A DNA stretch of 64,000 bases from Octopus sinensis (Eukaryota), in contig NC_043023.1 in NCBI RefSeq assembly GCF_006345805.1, positions 11,160,001-11,224,000 on the forward strand, written 5' to 3'. Below, in pieces: positions 11,128-22,467 of this stretch. The position numbers and the translations under genes were made by a program. The first letter of the stretch is position 1, and every line of letters starts with the position of its first letter. The notes below the pieces were generated by a model, which ran no database searches, was not told where the DNA came from, and saw only the letters and a program-made list of their open reading frames with translations.

Positions 11128-14100
11128 TTGGTTAGTTAGTTAAATTTTGGCTCAAAAAGCAAAAAGCAAGGCCATGTAGGGGGACATGGAGTTATGTACA
11201 GGGTGGTGTTCATGTAAAGAGTTCAGGCCACTTGAGGTCAAGGGAGACTTTGAACAAAGCGGTCGTCGGCATCTTCACCATCTCGTCTGGCAGCTTGTTC
11301 CACGGATCCACAACCCGGATGGAGAAAGCCCCTCTCCTTCGATTGAGATGAAATCGTCGCAGATAGAGCTTTTCGGAATGACCCCGCAGCCGACGCTCTG
11401 GAGCAGGAGTGAAGAACAGCTCTTTCGAGAGGTTACACTTTCCGCTTATGATGTTGTGGGCGAGAATGAGCTCACGGTGGCGGCGTTTTTCAAGAGAATA
11501 AAGGTCAAGTGTCTTCAGCCTTTCTTCATAAGACAAATGCTTGAGACCAAGAACCATGCAGGTAGCCAGCTTCTGGACTCTTTCGAGATGCTGTATGTCT
11601 TTGAGGAGACAAGGAGAAGAGGCTTGAATCCCATACTCCAATATGAGTCTCACCAGCATGACATAGAGCGGTAGGAATATGGCTGCTGTGAGCATTCCGA
11701 ATGACCGTCGAATCAAGAACAGGAGGAATCCACCACGATACCCAGGTCCTTTACCTGGTCGGTCCTCTCCAGCAGCAGATGATCCAGCTCGAAATCAAGT
11801 TGAGTTGCAGGAGAAGAACCAACAGGCAGATGACAGCACTTTGACACATTCAGACACAGGTCCCATTCGTTAGACCACCTCCAAATTTGGTGGAGGCATC
11901 GACGAAGATCCTCTATATCACCGCGAGGAGCGACCAGTTTGACATCGTCGGCAAATAGAAGGGTGTGTTGCGTGAGGTCGTCGGGCAAGTCATTTATGAA
12001 GACTAAGAACAATAAGGGCCCAAGTACTGAACCTTGAGGCACGCCACTGCTCGCACTGGAACCATTAACTTGGACTTGGAAGGAGCGATCTGAGAGGAAG
12101 GCACCAACCCATCGTACAATATCCGGATAGAAACTATATGCTTGAAGCTTGACAAGTAATAGGCGGTGGTTTACCGAGTCAAAAGCTTTGGCAAAGTCCA
12201 ATAAAACGATGTCAACAGCATCACTATCATCGAGGATGCGCTTCACCAATTCTTCCATTACCAGTAAGTTGGTCAAGCATGATCTCTTCGGCACGAAGCC
12301 ATGTTGGGAATCAGAGATAGAGGCTGTGTTTTGGAGGTGGAGCATCATACTTTTCTTAATGATGGTTTCGAACATCTTGCTGATTATTGATGTAAGGGAA
12401 ACTGGTCGGTAGTTAAGCGGGTCTTCGCGGCTCCCTTTCTTGGAAATTGGGCAGATTATCGCTGTTCTCCAGTCCGCAGGTATAACACCCATCGCCAATG
12501 ACATATTGAATAGATGTGTTAAGGGCTCGCAGATGACCGGAGCCAATGCTTTGATAACCCGTGACCCTTGTTGACATCGAGGCCTTGAATAACGCGTTTG
12601 ACTTCGTCCCGCGTGATGACCAATCGAAGCATTGGAGGTACCAGCAGTAAAGGACTCAGAAATCCACCTACAGGGCTACGCCTTCTTCAGATGTGACAGA
12701 GAAAAAAGGCAAGGTGGAGGTGTTGCTGTGTATGTTAAATCTGATCTCAAACTGTCCAGCGGTATTCTACCCACTAATGCTCGACCTACAACAAAATTCG
12801 ATGCCGTCTATTGCAAGCTGAGCCTATCCGGGTTTTGCCTGCCCGTGTTAGCTGTCTACAGGCCGACCCCCAGGACGATGCTCATTTACTCGAAGCGATA
12901 AGATTCGTTTCAGCTTCTCATGACTGTTTGATATTAGGAGACTTCAACGCTCCCACGATCGATTGGCCCGCATCAATTTGTACATCATCTTCCCGGTTCG
13001 GCTGGCCTTTCTTGACGTGGCTGAAGATTGTTTTCTATCGCAACATGTTGAATATCCGACAAGGCATCGGTCTGGGCAGCAGCCATCTATGCTGGATCTT
13101 CTCCCGCTATCCAAGATCGGTGTCAGACGTATCTGTGTGTGCCCCTCTTGCCAAGAGTGATCATGCGGTCCTGAAGTTCGTCATGCACACAACTTTTTCT
13201 ATGCCCACGACTACTTCGCTGCCACGTAGAGTCTTCTCAGCAATTAATCTTGAAATTCTAACCGAGGCTTCTGCGCTTCTGGACTGGCAATCCCTGATGA
13301 CGTTGTCCTCAGTTGACGAACTATGGTCATCCCTCAAAGCATATGTAATCTGGTTGACTGACCAGGCAGTTCCTGTTGGGCTTCCCAAGAAGAAGAAACA
13401 CAAGCCCTGGGTGACGAAGAAGGTTAAACGAGAACGTCGACTCAGAGATATTGCTTGGGCTGAATTCAAAAATCTGGATTCGACTGCAGCTTTTGAGGTG
13501 TACAAAACTCAACGAGACCGAGCCGTGAAAATTGAAAAGGAAGAACGCTTCAGATATGAATACAAAATCGCGGCAAACGCCAGTAGCAATCCAAAAACCT
13601 TCTTTGCCCATGTCCAACGGAATTCCCGCTTGAACAACCAAATTGCAACGTTGGTAGACTCAACAGGCATATCGATTGAGGACACTTATCAACAGAGTCA
13701 ATTATTTGCCGAGGCTTTTTCAACTATTTTCAAACAAGATGATGGTCGTGAACCCCTTCCATTTGATAGATCAGGGGAGTCACGCATGGCCAGTGTAAAT
13801 AGTTCAGTGAACTTTGGAAATAAGGAGCACGAGTTGGTATAGACGATGCTGAGCCGTGAAGTTTGAGGGGCGAGAGTTGGGGAACAAGCAGAATAAGGGG
13901 TATCAGAGATAGCATCGTTGACGGGGGTATCTACTTTACTTCGATTCACCCTCAATTCACTTTCCCTGTCAGCACTACAGCATGCGACCAGGGGTAGGAC
14001 TTGATTATTTGTCCATCTTGGATGCGTAAACCCTTCTCTCCCATCTGTTTTCTCATCTTCAGTTCAGATATTAGGTTTCTCCGGCGAATTCTCTCTCTCA

Positions 14101-14132
14101 GTGAGTATTCCTCGCGAAAACCCATATTGGAA
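11128..14132 (-). mobile_element. CR1-clade LINE (end of ORF1, APE endonuclease, RT), degenerate, with internal inversion 12641-13774
   Basis: RT motifs NYRPVSLTS, QHGF, DFAKAFDSV, GVPQGSVLGP, FADD; CR1 C-terminus LERVQKLAT...RGHSEKL; (AACT)n tail at about 11130; endonuclease pieces GGGVAVYV, GDFN, SDH on the plus strand; IVYTNSCSL and ORF1 end GEKGLRIQDGQII on the minus strand. Confidence 0.92.
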
Positions 14133-14469
14133 GACAGGCTTCTTTCAGTTTCCGTCTACCAAATCCACTCACAAAGCTTTGGTTGGCCCAAGGCTATAGC
14201 AGAAGACACTTGCCCAAGGTGCCACGCAGTGGGACTGAACCCGGAACTGTGTGGTTGGTAAAATTGTTGATTTGAAATGCTGAAGATTATTTTCTAGAAA
14301 TGAATCCTAAAGCCGCAAGCTAAAAATTGTAATATCAAAGGCATACCGTAAATCCTCAAGTATAGCGAAAAGAATTTTAAATTTCTGTGCGAATTATGTA
14401 CCACCGCTCATTAAACTGATACGAATAATTGGTACTTTATTTGAACCACCCAGCTTGAAACGATTCTTA

Positions 14470-14581
14470 ATTCCGTTTCTGTTTACCGTGTCCATTTTTT
14501 AAAATATCTTAAAACTGTGGAATCGCCTCTTAATGTAAATTAAAGACATTTCATATTAAACTCTGATTTTTAACACCAGGG
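14470..14581 (+). promoter_or_regulatory. Orphan, degenerate copy of the ZNF first-exon block with the donor mutated (accag|GGaag)
   Basis: tgtttaccgtgtcc...tcttaatgtaaattaaagacatttca...aacaccagggaag aligns with 50925-51040. Confidence 0.5.
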
Positions 14582-14598
14582 AAGATATATATATTTCT

Positions 14599-14790
14599 GG
14601 ATCTTTTCCTTTTGAACGACAGACAATTTCTAGTTAACTAAACACTTTTAAACTTCGTATACTGGTAGAATGTGTTTATAAAACATCATTTTTTCTTGGC
14701 TTTATTGAGAAAATTCTATAGTTTGTAACATATTTCCACTTTAAAATCGAGCATTTCGGCAATTTTAACCAATCAAATAAGTCCATTTGG
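14599..14790. mobile_element. MITE (GGATC-TIR family), left half
   Basis: ggatcttttccttttgaacgac... start identical to 39508. Confidence 0.75.
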
Positions 14791-15089
14791 AGTCAAAACA
14801 CACCGTGCTTACTTTTTTGAGGTGCACCTAATTACATCATAATTAGTGAGGTGATACAAATGAGAAAAACGTAAAAATTTAATTTGTTAAAAAAAAAAAA
14901 AGATACAATTGCTGTACTTTATTCACCAGAACATCTATTTTATCACTGGTATTTTTATTGATCAATATCAATGAATATAAGGTACATCATTGAGAGAATG
15001 ATTTAGCACAGATAACACAGTCATATGAATCTTATCCTTTATGAATATGATGGGATTCAGTTAAGTGATTTCTACAAGAAAATGGTTCA

Positions 15090-16823
15090 TCAGATGTCAC
15101 AGTGATATGGATTTTCTTCTGTATGAGTCTGTTTGTGTTTGGCCAAATATCTTCTTGTAGAGAATGATTTAAGACATATATCACACGGAAATGGTTTCTC
15201 TTTTGTATGAGTGCGTTTATGCACAGTCAAGTCACGTTTTACAGAGAATGACTTACCACAGGTATTACAGTGATATGGTTTCTCCCCTGTATGAATGGAT
15301 TTGTGTCTAGTTAAGTTATCTGCACGAGAAAAAGATTTACCACAGATATTACAGTGATATGATTTATCTCCTGTATGAATGTTTTTATGAGAAGTAAGGC
15401 GAGAGTTTTGTGAGAAAGATTTACCACAGATATCACAGCAAAATGGTTTTTCACATGTGTGAACATATTTGTGAGAGGTTAAATTACTTTTAGTAATGAA
15501 TGATTTACCACAAATATCACAAGCATATGCTTTCTCTCCTGTGTGAATATGTTTGTGAGAAGTAAGCCTAGTCTTATAAGAGAATGATTTACCACAGATA
15601 TCACAGTGATATGGTTTCCCTCCTGTGTGGATATATTTATGAGAGATTAAAGTGCCTCGATGAGAAAATGATTTGCCACAGATATCGCAGCGATATGGTT
15701 TTTCTCCTGTATGAACGTATTTGTGAGATGTGAGAATACTTTTTCGAGAGAATGATGTACCGCAGATATCACAGACATATGGCCTCTCATGACTAAGTTT
15801 GTGGGTATTTAAATGACTTCCTAATGAAAATGATTTATCACAAATATCACAGGGATATGGTTTCTCTCCAGTATGAGTGGACTTGTGAGAATTAAGGCTA
15901 TTCTTCTGACAGAAAGACTTTCCACAGATATCACAACGATATGGTTTATCTTCTGTGTGAATGTATTTATGATAGGTTAAAGTGCCTGTAGAAGAAAATG
16001 ACTTTCCACAGATATCACACTGATATGGTTTCTCTCCTGTATGAATGTATTTGTGTCTAGTCAATGTTTCCTTTATAGCAAAGGATTTACCACATATGTC
16101 ACAGGGATATGGTTTCTCCCCAGTATGAATGTATTTATGTCGAGTTAAGATATGTATTTTAGAGAATGATTTACCACAAATATCACAGCGATGTGGTTTT
16201 TCTCCCGTATGAATGAATTTGTGAGAAGTAAGGCCAGTCTTCTGACAGAATGACTTCCCACAAATATCACAGCGATATGGCTTTTCTGCTGTGTGAATGT
16301 ATTGGTGTGAAGTAAGGTTAATCTTCTGAGAGAATGATTTACCACAAATATCACAGTGATATGGTTTCTCTCCTGTGTGAATGTATTTGTGCGAAGTAAG
16401 GTTAGTCTTCTGAGAGAATAACTTTCCACATATGTCACAGTGATAAGGTTTATTTCCTGTATGAATGTATTTGTGATAAGTAAGGCTACTTTTCTGAGAG
16501 AATGATTTACCACAGACATCACAATGATATGGTTTCTCTTCTGTATGAATGTACTTATGAGACGCTAAAGTGCCTCTAGAAGAAAATGATTTACCACAGG
16601 TATCACAAGAATATGGTTTCTCTCCAGTATGAATGTATCTGTGAGAAGTAAGGCTTCGCTTTTGAGAAAAAGACTTTCCACAGATATCACAATGATATTG
16701 CTTCTCACCTGAATGAATACATTTGTGAACAGTGAGATTTCCCTCATTAGAGAAAGACTTTTTACAGATATCACATTGGTATGATAACTTTTTTCTTTCT
16801 TTTGTCATCTCTTGAGGATTCAT
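15090..16823 (-). CDS. C2H2 zinc-finger protein ZNF-2, 577 aa, 20 fingers plus a terminal partial CDI
   Basis: First ATG at 16823 (MNPQEMTKERKKL); the ORF-track start at 16895 is TTG; linker 12-13 is shortened (HERPY). Confidence 0.92.
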   Translation of the reverse strand: MNPQEMTKERKKLSYQCDICKKSFSNEGNLTVHKCIHSGEKQYHCDICGKSFSQKRSLTSHRYIHTGEKPYSCDTCGKSFSSRGTLASHKYIHTEEKPYHCDVCGKSFSQKSSLTYHKYIHTGNKPYHCDICGKLFSQKTNLTSHKYIHTGEKPYHCDICGKSFSQKINLTSHQYIHTAEKPYRCDICGKSFCQKTGLTSHKFIHTGEKPHRCDICGKSFSKIHILTRHKYIHTGEKPYPCDICGKSFAIKETLTRHKYIHTGEKPYQCDICGKSFSSTGTLTYHKYIHTEDKPYRCDICGKSFCQKNSLNSHKSTHTGEKPYPCDICDKSFSLGSHLNTHKLSHERPYVCDICGTSFSRKSILTSHKYVHTGEKPYRCDICGKSFSHRGTLISHKYIHTGGKPYHCDICGKSFSYKTRLTSHKHIHTGEKAYACDICGKSFITKSNLTSHKYVHTCEKPFCCDICGKSFSQNSRLTSHKNIHTGDKSYHCNICGKSFSRADNLTRHKSIHTGEKPYHCNTCGKSFSVKRDLTVHKRTHTKEKPFPCDICLKSFSTRRYLAKHKQTHTEENPYHCDI

Positions 16824-17278
16824 TGTCGTTCTATAGTATACAAGCACAAAATATATTTTTGCTCCCTTTTTTAAGATATTTCTTTGTTGATTCAAATACT
16901 TCTACACTTATATTTCAGGCAATTCTGATCTTCATCAACATCTGAAAACGACACAAACACCTTCATAGATTTTTCCAAGTTCAAACAGAATGTGAAATAC
17001 TTTTGAAAATGTTCTAGGGAAGAAGGAAAACAAATGTTGCTATTAATTCAGAAGAAATATTCAGTTATTCACCATAGATAAATTATATGAATACAGTTAT
17101 ATCTATTAGTTTAAAACATCTTCCATTAGTCTTCAGAACATGATCAATAATTCATGAAGTATCTGATGTAAGAACTCTTTTATGACACAGACGTCTGATA
17201 TTCTGGAATGATAAAGATATAGCATAAGATATAGGAAATACTTAAAAAGCAGAGATTTGACTATAAAAACATTATTAA

Positions 17279-17575
17279 CTAGCAGTATCACCCGGCGTTG
17301 CTCGGGTTTGTAAGGGAAATAACTATATAAGCATTTTTAGAGAGTTACTTCCCTTATATAATAGCAAAAAAATGCATTAAAATGGAAAAAAATGATGGTA
17401 AATTTTATTTAAATCGTAGACTCATTGTAGACGCGCGTTAATACCCAGAAGGGCTCGATATGAATCCTGACTATAAGATACCCGCTTTTGGTTAAACTGC
17501 ACTGCAAAATGTGGGAGTAGTTAGGAATCTAAATCGTAGGAGACAGACACACAACTTCACTTTTATATATAAAGA
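17279..17575 (-). mobile_element. Non-autonomous Helitron
   Basis: Minus strand 5'-TC(tttatatataaaag)...hairpin cccgagcaacgccggg...CTAG-3', inserted at A|T, no TSD. Confidence 0.85.
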
Positions 17576-17917
17576 TTTTTCATGACAGAATTGATATCAA
17601 CTTTTATCTGAATAACTGGCTGTTTCTTTAGCAAATGCTGATACTCTCACCCACACGATTTTCACTAAGAAAAAGGAAAATCTGACGTCCTGATATTCTG
17701 CAAACCCCTTATTTTTGTTCGGTAAAAAAAAAGTGGGAGTGGGAAAATCGGACCCCACCCCTATCCTGGAATAATTGGAAATTTTTTTTTTTTTTTCTGT
17801 TGAATGAATTACAGTGACCTCCTAATATGCCACAAAACCCTTTTCAGGTCTGGAAAACGGGGTAGGGTGGAATGGAACCCTCGAAAACCCCCCCCACCAC
17901 CACCACCACTAATTCTT

Positions 17918-18322
17918 ATTCTTTTACTTGTTTCAGTCATTTGACTGCGGCCATGCTGGAGCACCGCCTTTAGTCGAGCAAATCGACCCCGGGACTTATT
18001 CTTTGTAAGCCCAGTACTTATTCTATCGGTCGTTTTTGCCGAACCGCTAAGTGACGGGGACGTAAACACACCAGCACCGGTTGTCAAGCGACGTTGGGGG
18101 GGGGGGGCAAACACAGACACACACACATATACACACACACTTATATATATATACATATATACGACAGGTTTCTTTCAGTTTCCGTCTACCAAATCCACTC
18201 ACAAGGCATTGGTCGGCCCGGGGCTATAGCAGAAGACACTTGCCCAAGATGCCACGCAGTGGGACTGAACCCGGACCCATGTGGTTGGTTAGCAAACTAC
18301 TTACCACACAGCCACTCCTGCA
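17918..18322 (-). mobile_element. Composite SINE A+C
   Basis: Full family structure. Confidence 0.9.
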
Positions 18323-18456
18323 TTTTACAGAAATACATTTTCTAGTCTGTGAATTACATGGTTCGTTATTAAATATACAAAGAATGTAGATTAATATGCT
18401 GATATTTATACTGTGTATTTTACACTGAAAATAATTTTTTCTAAAGTTGTAGTGTA

Positions 18457-18487
<31 letters not shown>

Positions 18488-18488
<1 letters not shown>

Positions 18489-18788
18489 GAGGCACGTGGC
18501 TTAGTGGTTAGTGTGTCAGAATCATGATTGTAAGGTTGTGGTTTCGATTCCTGAACCGGGCGACGCGTTGTGTTCTTGAGCAAAACACTTCATTTCACGT
18601 TGCTCCAGTCCACTCAGTTGGCAAAAAGGACTAACGCTGCGATGGACTGACGTCCCGTCCAGCTGTGGAACACATATGCCATTGAAACCGGGCCATGAGC
18701 CTTACTAGGCTTTAAAAGAAGTGGAGGCACATGGCTTAGTGGTTAGGGTGTCAGCATCATGATCGTAAGATTGTGGTTTCGATTCCTG
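18488..18788 (+). mobile_element. SINE family E (tRNA head, CORE-like gttgtgttcttgagcaaaacactt, gcgatggactg..cccgtccag), followed by a second truncated head at 18722
   Basis: A box tggcttagtgg, B box ggtttcgattcc; other copies at 34030-34290 and 36232-36476. Confidence 0.85.
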
Positions 18789-19331
18789 TCACATACAATC
18801 GGATTAATCTAAAAAAATACATTTTCTTTTTCTCCACTAAATATTTTCAGCCTTATACCAGTATTTTAGGAAAAAGAATCTTCCGCATCCAAACTCACTT
18901 GCTCGTCTGTGATGGATATTAATTCTATTCTCCGGAAAACTTCATCAATTATGCCCCTAAAAACACTGGATTTCACTTGGCATGACTAATGAAAAAGCAC
19001 CTTAATTTTTAATTTCTTTAATTACAGTAGATATTCCATTTGCTGATCGCGTCCATTCAAAGCTGTCTATTGCTTTATAACAAAGGTTATTATTTGCTAC
19101 ATATCTCTATTTGCTGTTTATTCTGTCAAAATGATCCACGTCCATAGTCATGTCCTTAGAATAAATAATAAAACACTCAGCAATATCTTAAAATACAAAT
19201 ATCCGACTGTAACATCGACCCAGGGATACTGATCCGACAAAACAAAATACAAAACTTTCACTTTTTTCAAGAGTTTTTAATTAGCCAGATTCATTAGCTT
19301 TTACTAAAAATAAAATATGCATTATATCTTA

Positions 19332-19460
19332 CTTGTTATGATATAGAATCAGTGTTTACTGTAAAATATATCTTCAATTACTCGAACGAGCAATCTTAAC
19401 GGGAGAATAATTTGAAGACATTTCAAAAAACCGACACGGAACGTCAGCGAAACGGACAAA
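19332..19460 (-). promoter_or_regulatory. Putative first exon and donor of ZNF-2 (intron 17203-19332)
   Basis: aaaaaaccgacacgg motif and acaa|gtaagat donor; acceptor homolog at 17203. Confidence 0.55.
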
Positions 19461-19479
19461 CAATCCGGGTGTTGTGTAC

Positions 19480-19875
19480 CTCGTATAACTACACTTTTGT
19501 CGGATGCTAAAGCTAAGGTGGCCTGTTTGCAATTTTTGTATTACTATAATTGATTTTTGAAAAATGTGGATTGTAATTTTTAAAAATCCGAATGATGACA
19601 AAAAATACAAAACCAGAACCGGACTGTTTATTTTCAAGTTTATTGGTACTTTTACGCTATCCTGTTGTGTACCTCGGGAGTGGGGTATCTCGTATAACTA
19701 CACTTTTGTCGGGTGCTAAATGTAAGGTGGCCTATTTGCAATTTTTGCATTACTATAATTTATTTTTGAAAAATGTGAATTGTAATTTAAAAAATCCGAA
19801 TGATGACAAAAGATACAAAATTAGAACCGGACTGTTTATTTTCAAGTTTATAGGTACTTTTTACGCTATCTTGTT
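19480..19875. repeat. Tandem duplication, period 209 bp, upstream of the ZNF-2 first exon
   Basis: ctcgtataactacacttttgtcgg at 19480 and 19689. Confidence 0.85.
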
Positions 19876-20079
19876 ACCGATCGTCTACGTTACAGGGACG
19901 CAAAAAAACCCAATACAGCATGTAGGACGGGTGTGGGGTGAGGAAGATGCAGACGTGTGTTTCTCCTATCAATGTTCGGAAACCATTGTTGGTGTACTTA
20001 ACCCTAACTTAGTTGAGCATCGAAAGAGTTCAATAGTATAAATGCCAAATTAAAAAATATATTCTGATGTTGCTTTGTT

Positions 20080-20735
20080 GAACCCACGGCTCTCACTAAC
20101 CATTCATCTATCCCTAGTTTCCTCATTGATCACCAGATAAGGGATCAGGGGACCCTGTCAAAGGCTTTCTCCATGTCAACGAAAGCCAGGTACAGGGGCT
20201 TATCCTTGGCTAAGTATTTCTCCTGCAGCTGTCTAACCAGAAATATAGCATCAGTGGTGCTTTTCCCTGGCATGAAACCAAACTGCATCTCTCCCTAATT
20301 AATTGGTCAATGACCTCTAAGTAACCTTCATTATCTAATCCAACAGCTTGATACCTCTGTAATTATTTGTATCTAAAGCGCCACCTTTACCTTTGTAGCA
20401 GTTGACTATTATGCTGCTACACCAGTCATTGGGTACAACTCCTTCATGTATCACCTGGTTAACTATACGGGTGACCAGACTATAGCCAACACTGGCAGAT
20501 ATTTTGAGCATCTCTGCAGTAATTCCTGATGGGCCGGGGGCTTTCCCTGTCTTCATACTTTTAATTGCTTTAACTACCAAGGTACTGTCAACTCGGATAG
20601 CTGGTCCCTCTGTTGGGTTGACAATCGGCAGACTCTCTTTCTCCCATTCATTTTCTTTGTTCAGCAACCTTTCATAGTAGCGTCTCCAAACCTCTCTCTT
20701 TGCAGTCTTCATTTTTTGAAGACCTTCAGCTGTTA
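20080..20735 (-). mobile_element. RTE-clade LINE RT fragment
   Basis: WRRYYERLLN...KTGKAPGPSGITAEML...KGKGGALDTNNYRGIKLL, then QFGFMPGKSTTDAIF...DMEKAFDRVP. Confidence 0.9.
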
Positions 20736-20830
20736 AGCTCTCTTGAGAGTTTCCTACCATTGTCATATTTTAACATTCTATCAGTAACTGGAAAATATAT
20801 TTTCCTCACACTCCCGCTTTCATAGCTACC

Positions 20831-21060
20831 TATTTCTTTACTGCCCACAAGGGGCTAAACACAGAGAGGAGAAATAAGGACAGACAAACGAATTAAGTTG
20901 ATTATATCGACCCCAGTGCGTAACCGGTACTTATTTAATCAACCCCGAAAGGATGAAATGCAAAGTCGACCTCGGCGGAATTTGAACTCAGAACATAGCA
21001 GCAGATGAAATACTGCTAAGCATTTCGCCCGGCGCGCTAACGTCTCTGCCAGCTCGCCAC
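20831..21060 (-). mobile_element. SINE B monomer with 14-bp TSD ctttcatagctacc
   Basis: TSD at 20817-20830 and 21061-21074. Confidence 0.9.
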
Positions 21061-21479
21061 CTTTCATAGCTACCATCAACCAACTGGCTCCATCACATCT
21101 TCACTAGACAACCACCATTATTAGCATTTAATGAACAAACTTTTACAATTGTTTATCTCATTCACTGCATCTCAAAATCTAATACCTAGTGTATTGGATA
21201 TCAAATAATATAAACAAATTATATAGCTTCTAAATAAACATTTATTGCCGCCCTGACTGGCCTCCGTGCCGGTGGCACGTAAAATGCACCATCCGATCGT
21301 GGCCGTTGCCAGCCTCGTCTGGCACCTGTGCAGGTGGCACGTAAAAAACACCCACTACACTCATGGAGTGGTTGGCATTAGGAAGGGCATCCAGCTGTAG
21401 AAACACTGCCAGATCAGACTGCAAGCATGGAAAGTGGATGATAAACGATGAACGAACGACAATTGCTATACCTTATACA

Positions 21480-22320
21480 CCAGAATATTTATTTTATCAA
21501 TGATATTATCGATCAATACAAATAAATGCCTTACTTCCCTGGGCACGGACACATTGAAACTCCGATGTCTGGCAGCTGACTTGGCAGACACCCATAAAAT
21601 TATCAACCATCGTACAAACAATAACTCTGAGCACCTTTTCAAACTCCACCCGTCTAACACCCGCGGACATATTTGCAAAGTTAGAAAACAGCACAGCCCC
21701 TATAACTTTCAGAAACATTTTTTCATGCCAAGAGTTGCTGAAGCATGGACCAAACTGCCGGGATCAATTGTTAGTTGTCGGAGCACTGCATCCGTCAAAA
21801 CTTCCTGAGATTCGCCAACACTACACCTGATTTTCTCCCCTCCATACACACACATGCATGTATCCGACTCATACACTGTTCACTTTCCAGACATTTGTAC
21901 ATTACTGCATATGCTTTACATGCACTTTCTGACAAGTTGTGGTGCACCTGAGCACTGTATACAATAATTTCATTATTATTATTTAAAAACTCCACCCGTC
22001 TAACACCCATGGACATGTTTACAAAGTCAGAAAACAGCACAGCTCCCATGACTTTCGGAAACATTTTTTCATGCTAAGAGTTGCTGAAGCATGGAACAAA
22101 CTGCCGGCATCAGTTGTTAGTTGTCGGAGCACTGCATCCTTCAAAACTTCCTGAGATTCGCCAACACTACACCTGATCTTTCTCCCCTCCATACACACAA
22201 GCAAGCATGTATCTGACTCATACATTGTTCGCTTCCCAGACATTTGTACATTACTGCATATGCTTTACACGCACTTTCTGACAAGTTGTGGTGCACCTGA
22301 GCACTGTATACAATAATTTC

Positions 22321-22335
<15 letters not shown>
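21480..22335 (+). mobile_element. CR1-type LINE 3' end with (TTA)n tail, partially tandem-duplicated
   Basis: HLFKLHPSNTRGH..KVRKQHS...KHFF..RVAEAW.KLP; second copy from about 21986; tail module ttgtggtgcacctgagcactgtatacaataatttcatta repeated again at 22412, 22762 and 32016. Confidence 0.8.
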
Positions 22336-22367
<32 letters not shown>

Positions 22368-22467
22368 TATATATATATCTGCATTCATATATGATTTATA
22401 CGCACTTTTTGACAAGTTGTGGTGCTCCTGAGCACTGTATACAATAATTTCATTATTATTATTATTA

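Noticed and set aside
11186-11674. Antisense ORFs over LINE RT regions (also 44055-45239)
   Set aside because: Opposite-strand shadows of CR1 and Tx1 coding sequence.
16145-16774. Alternative-frame ORFs over ZNF genes (also 23317-23547, 34913-35122, 49215-49502)
   Set aside because: Shadow frames of the repetitive finger code.
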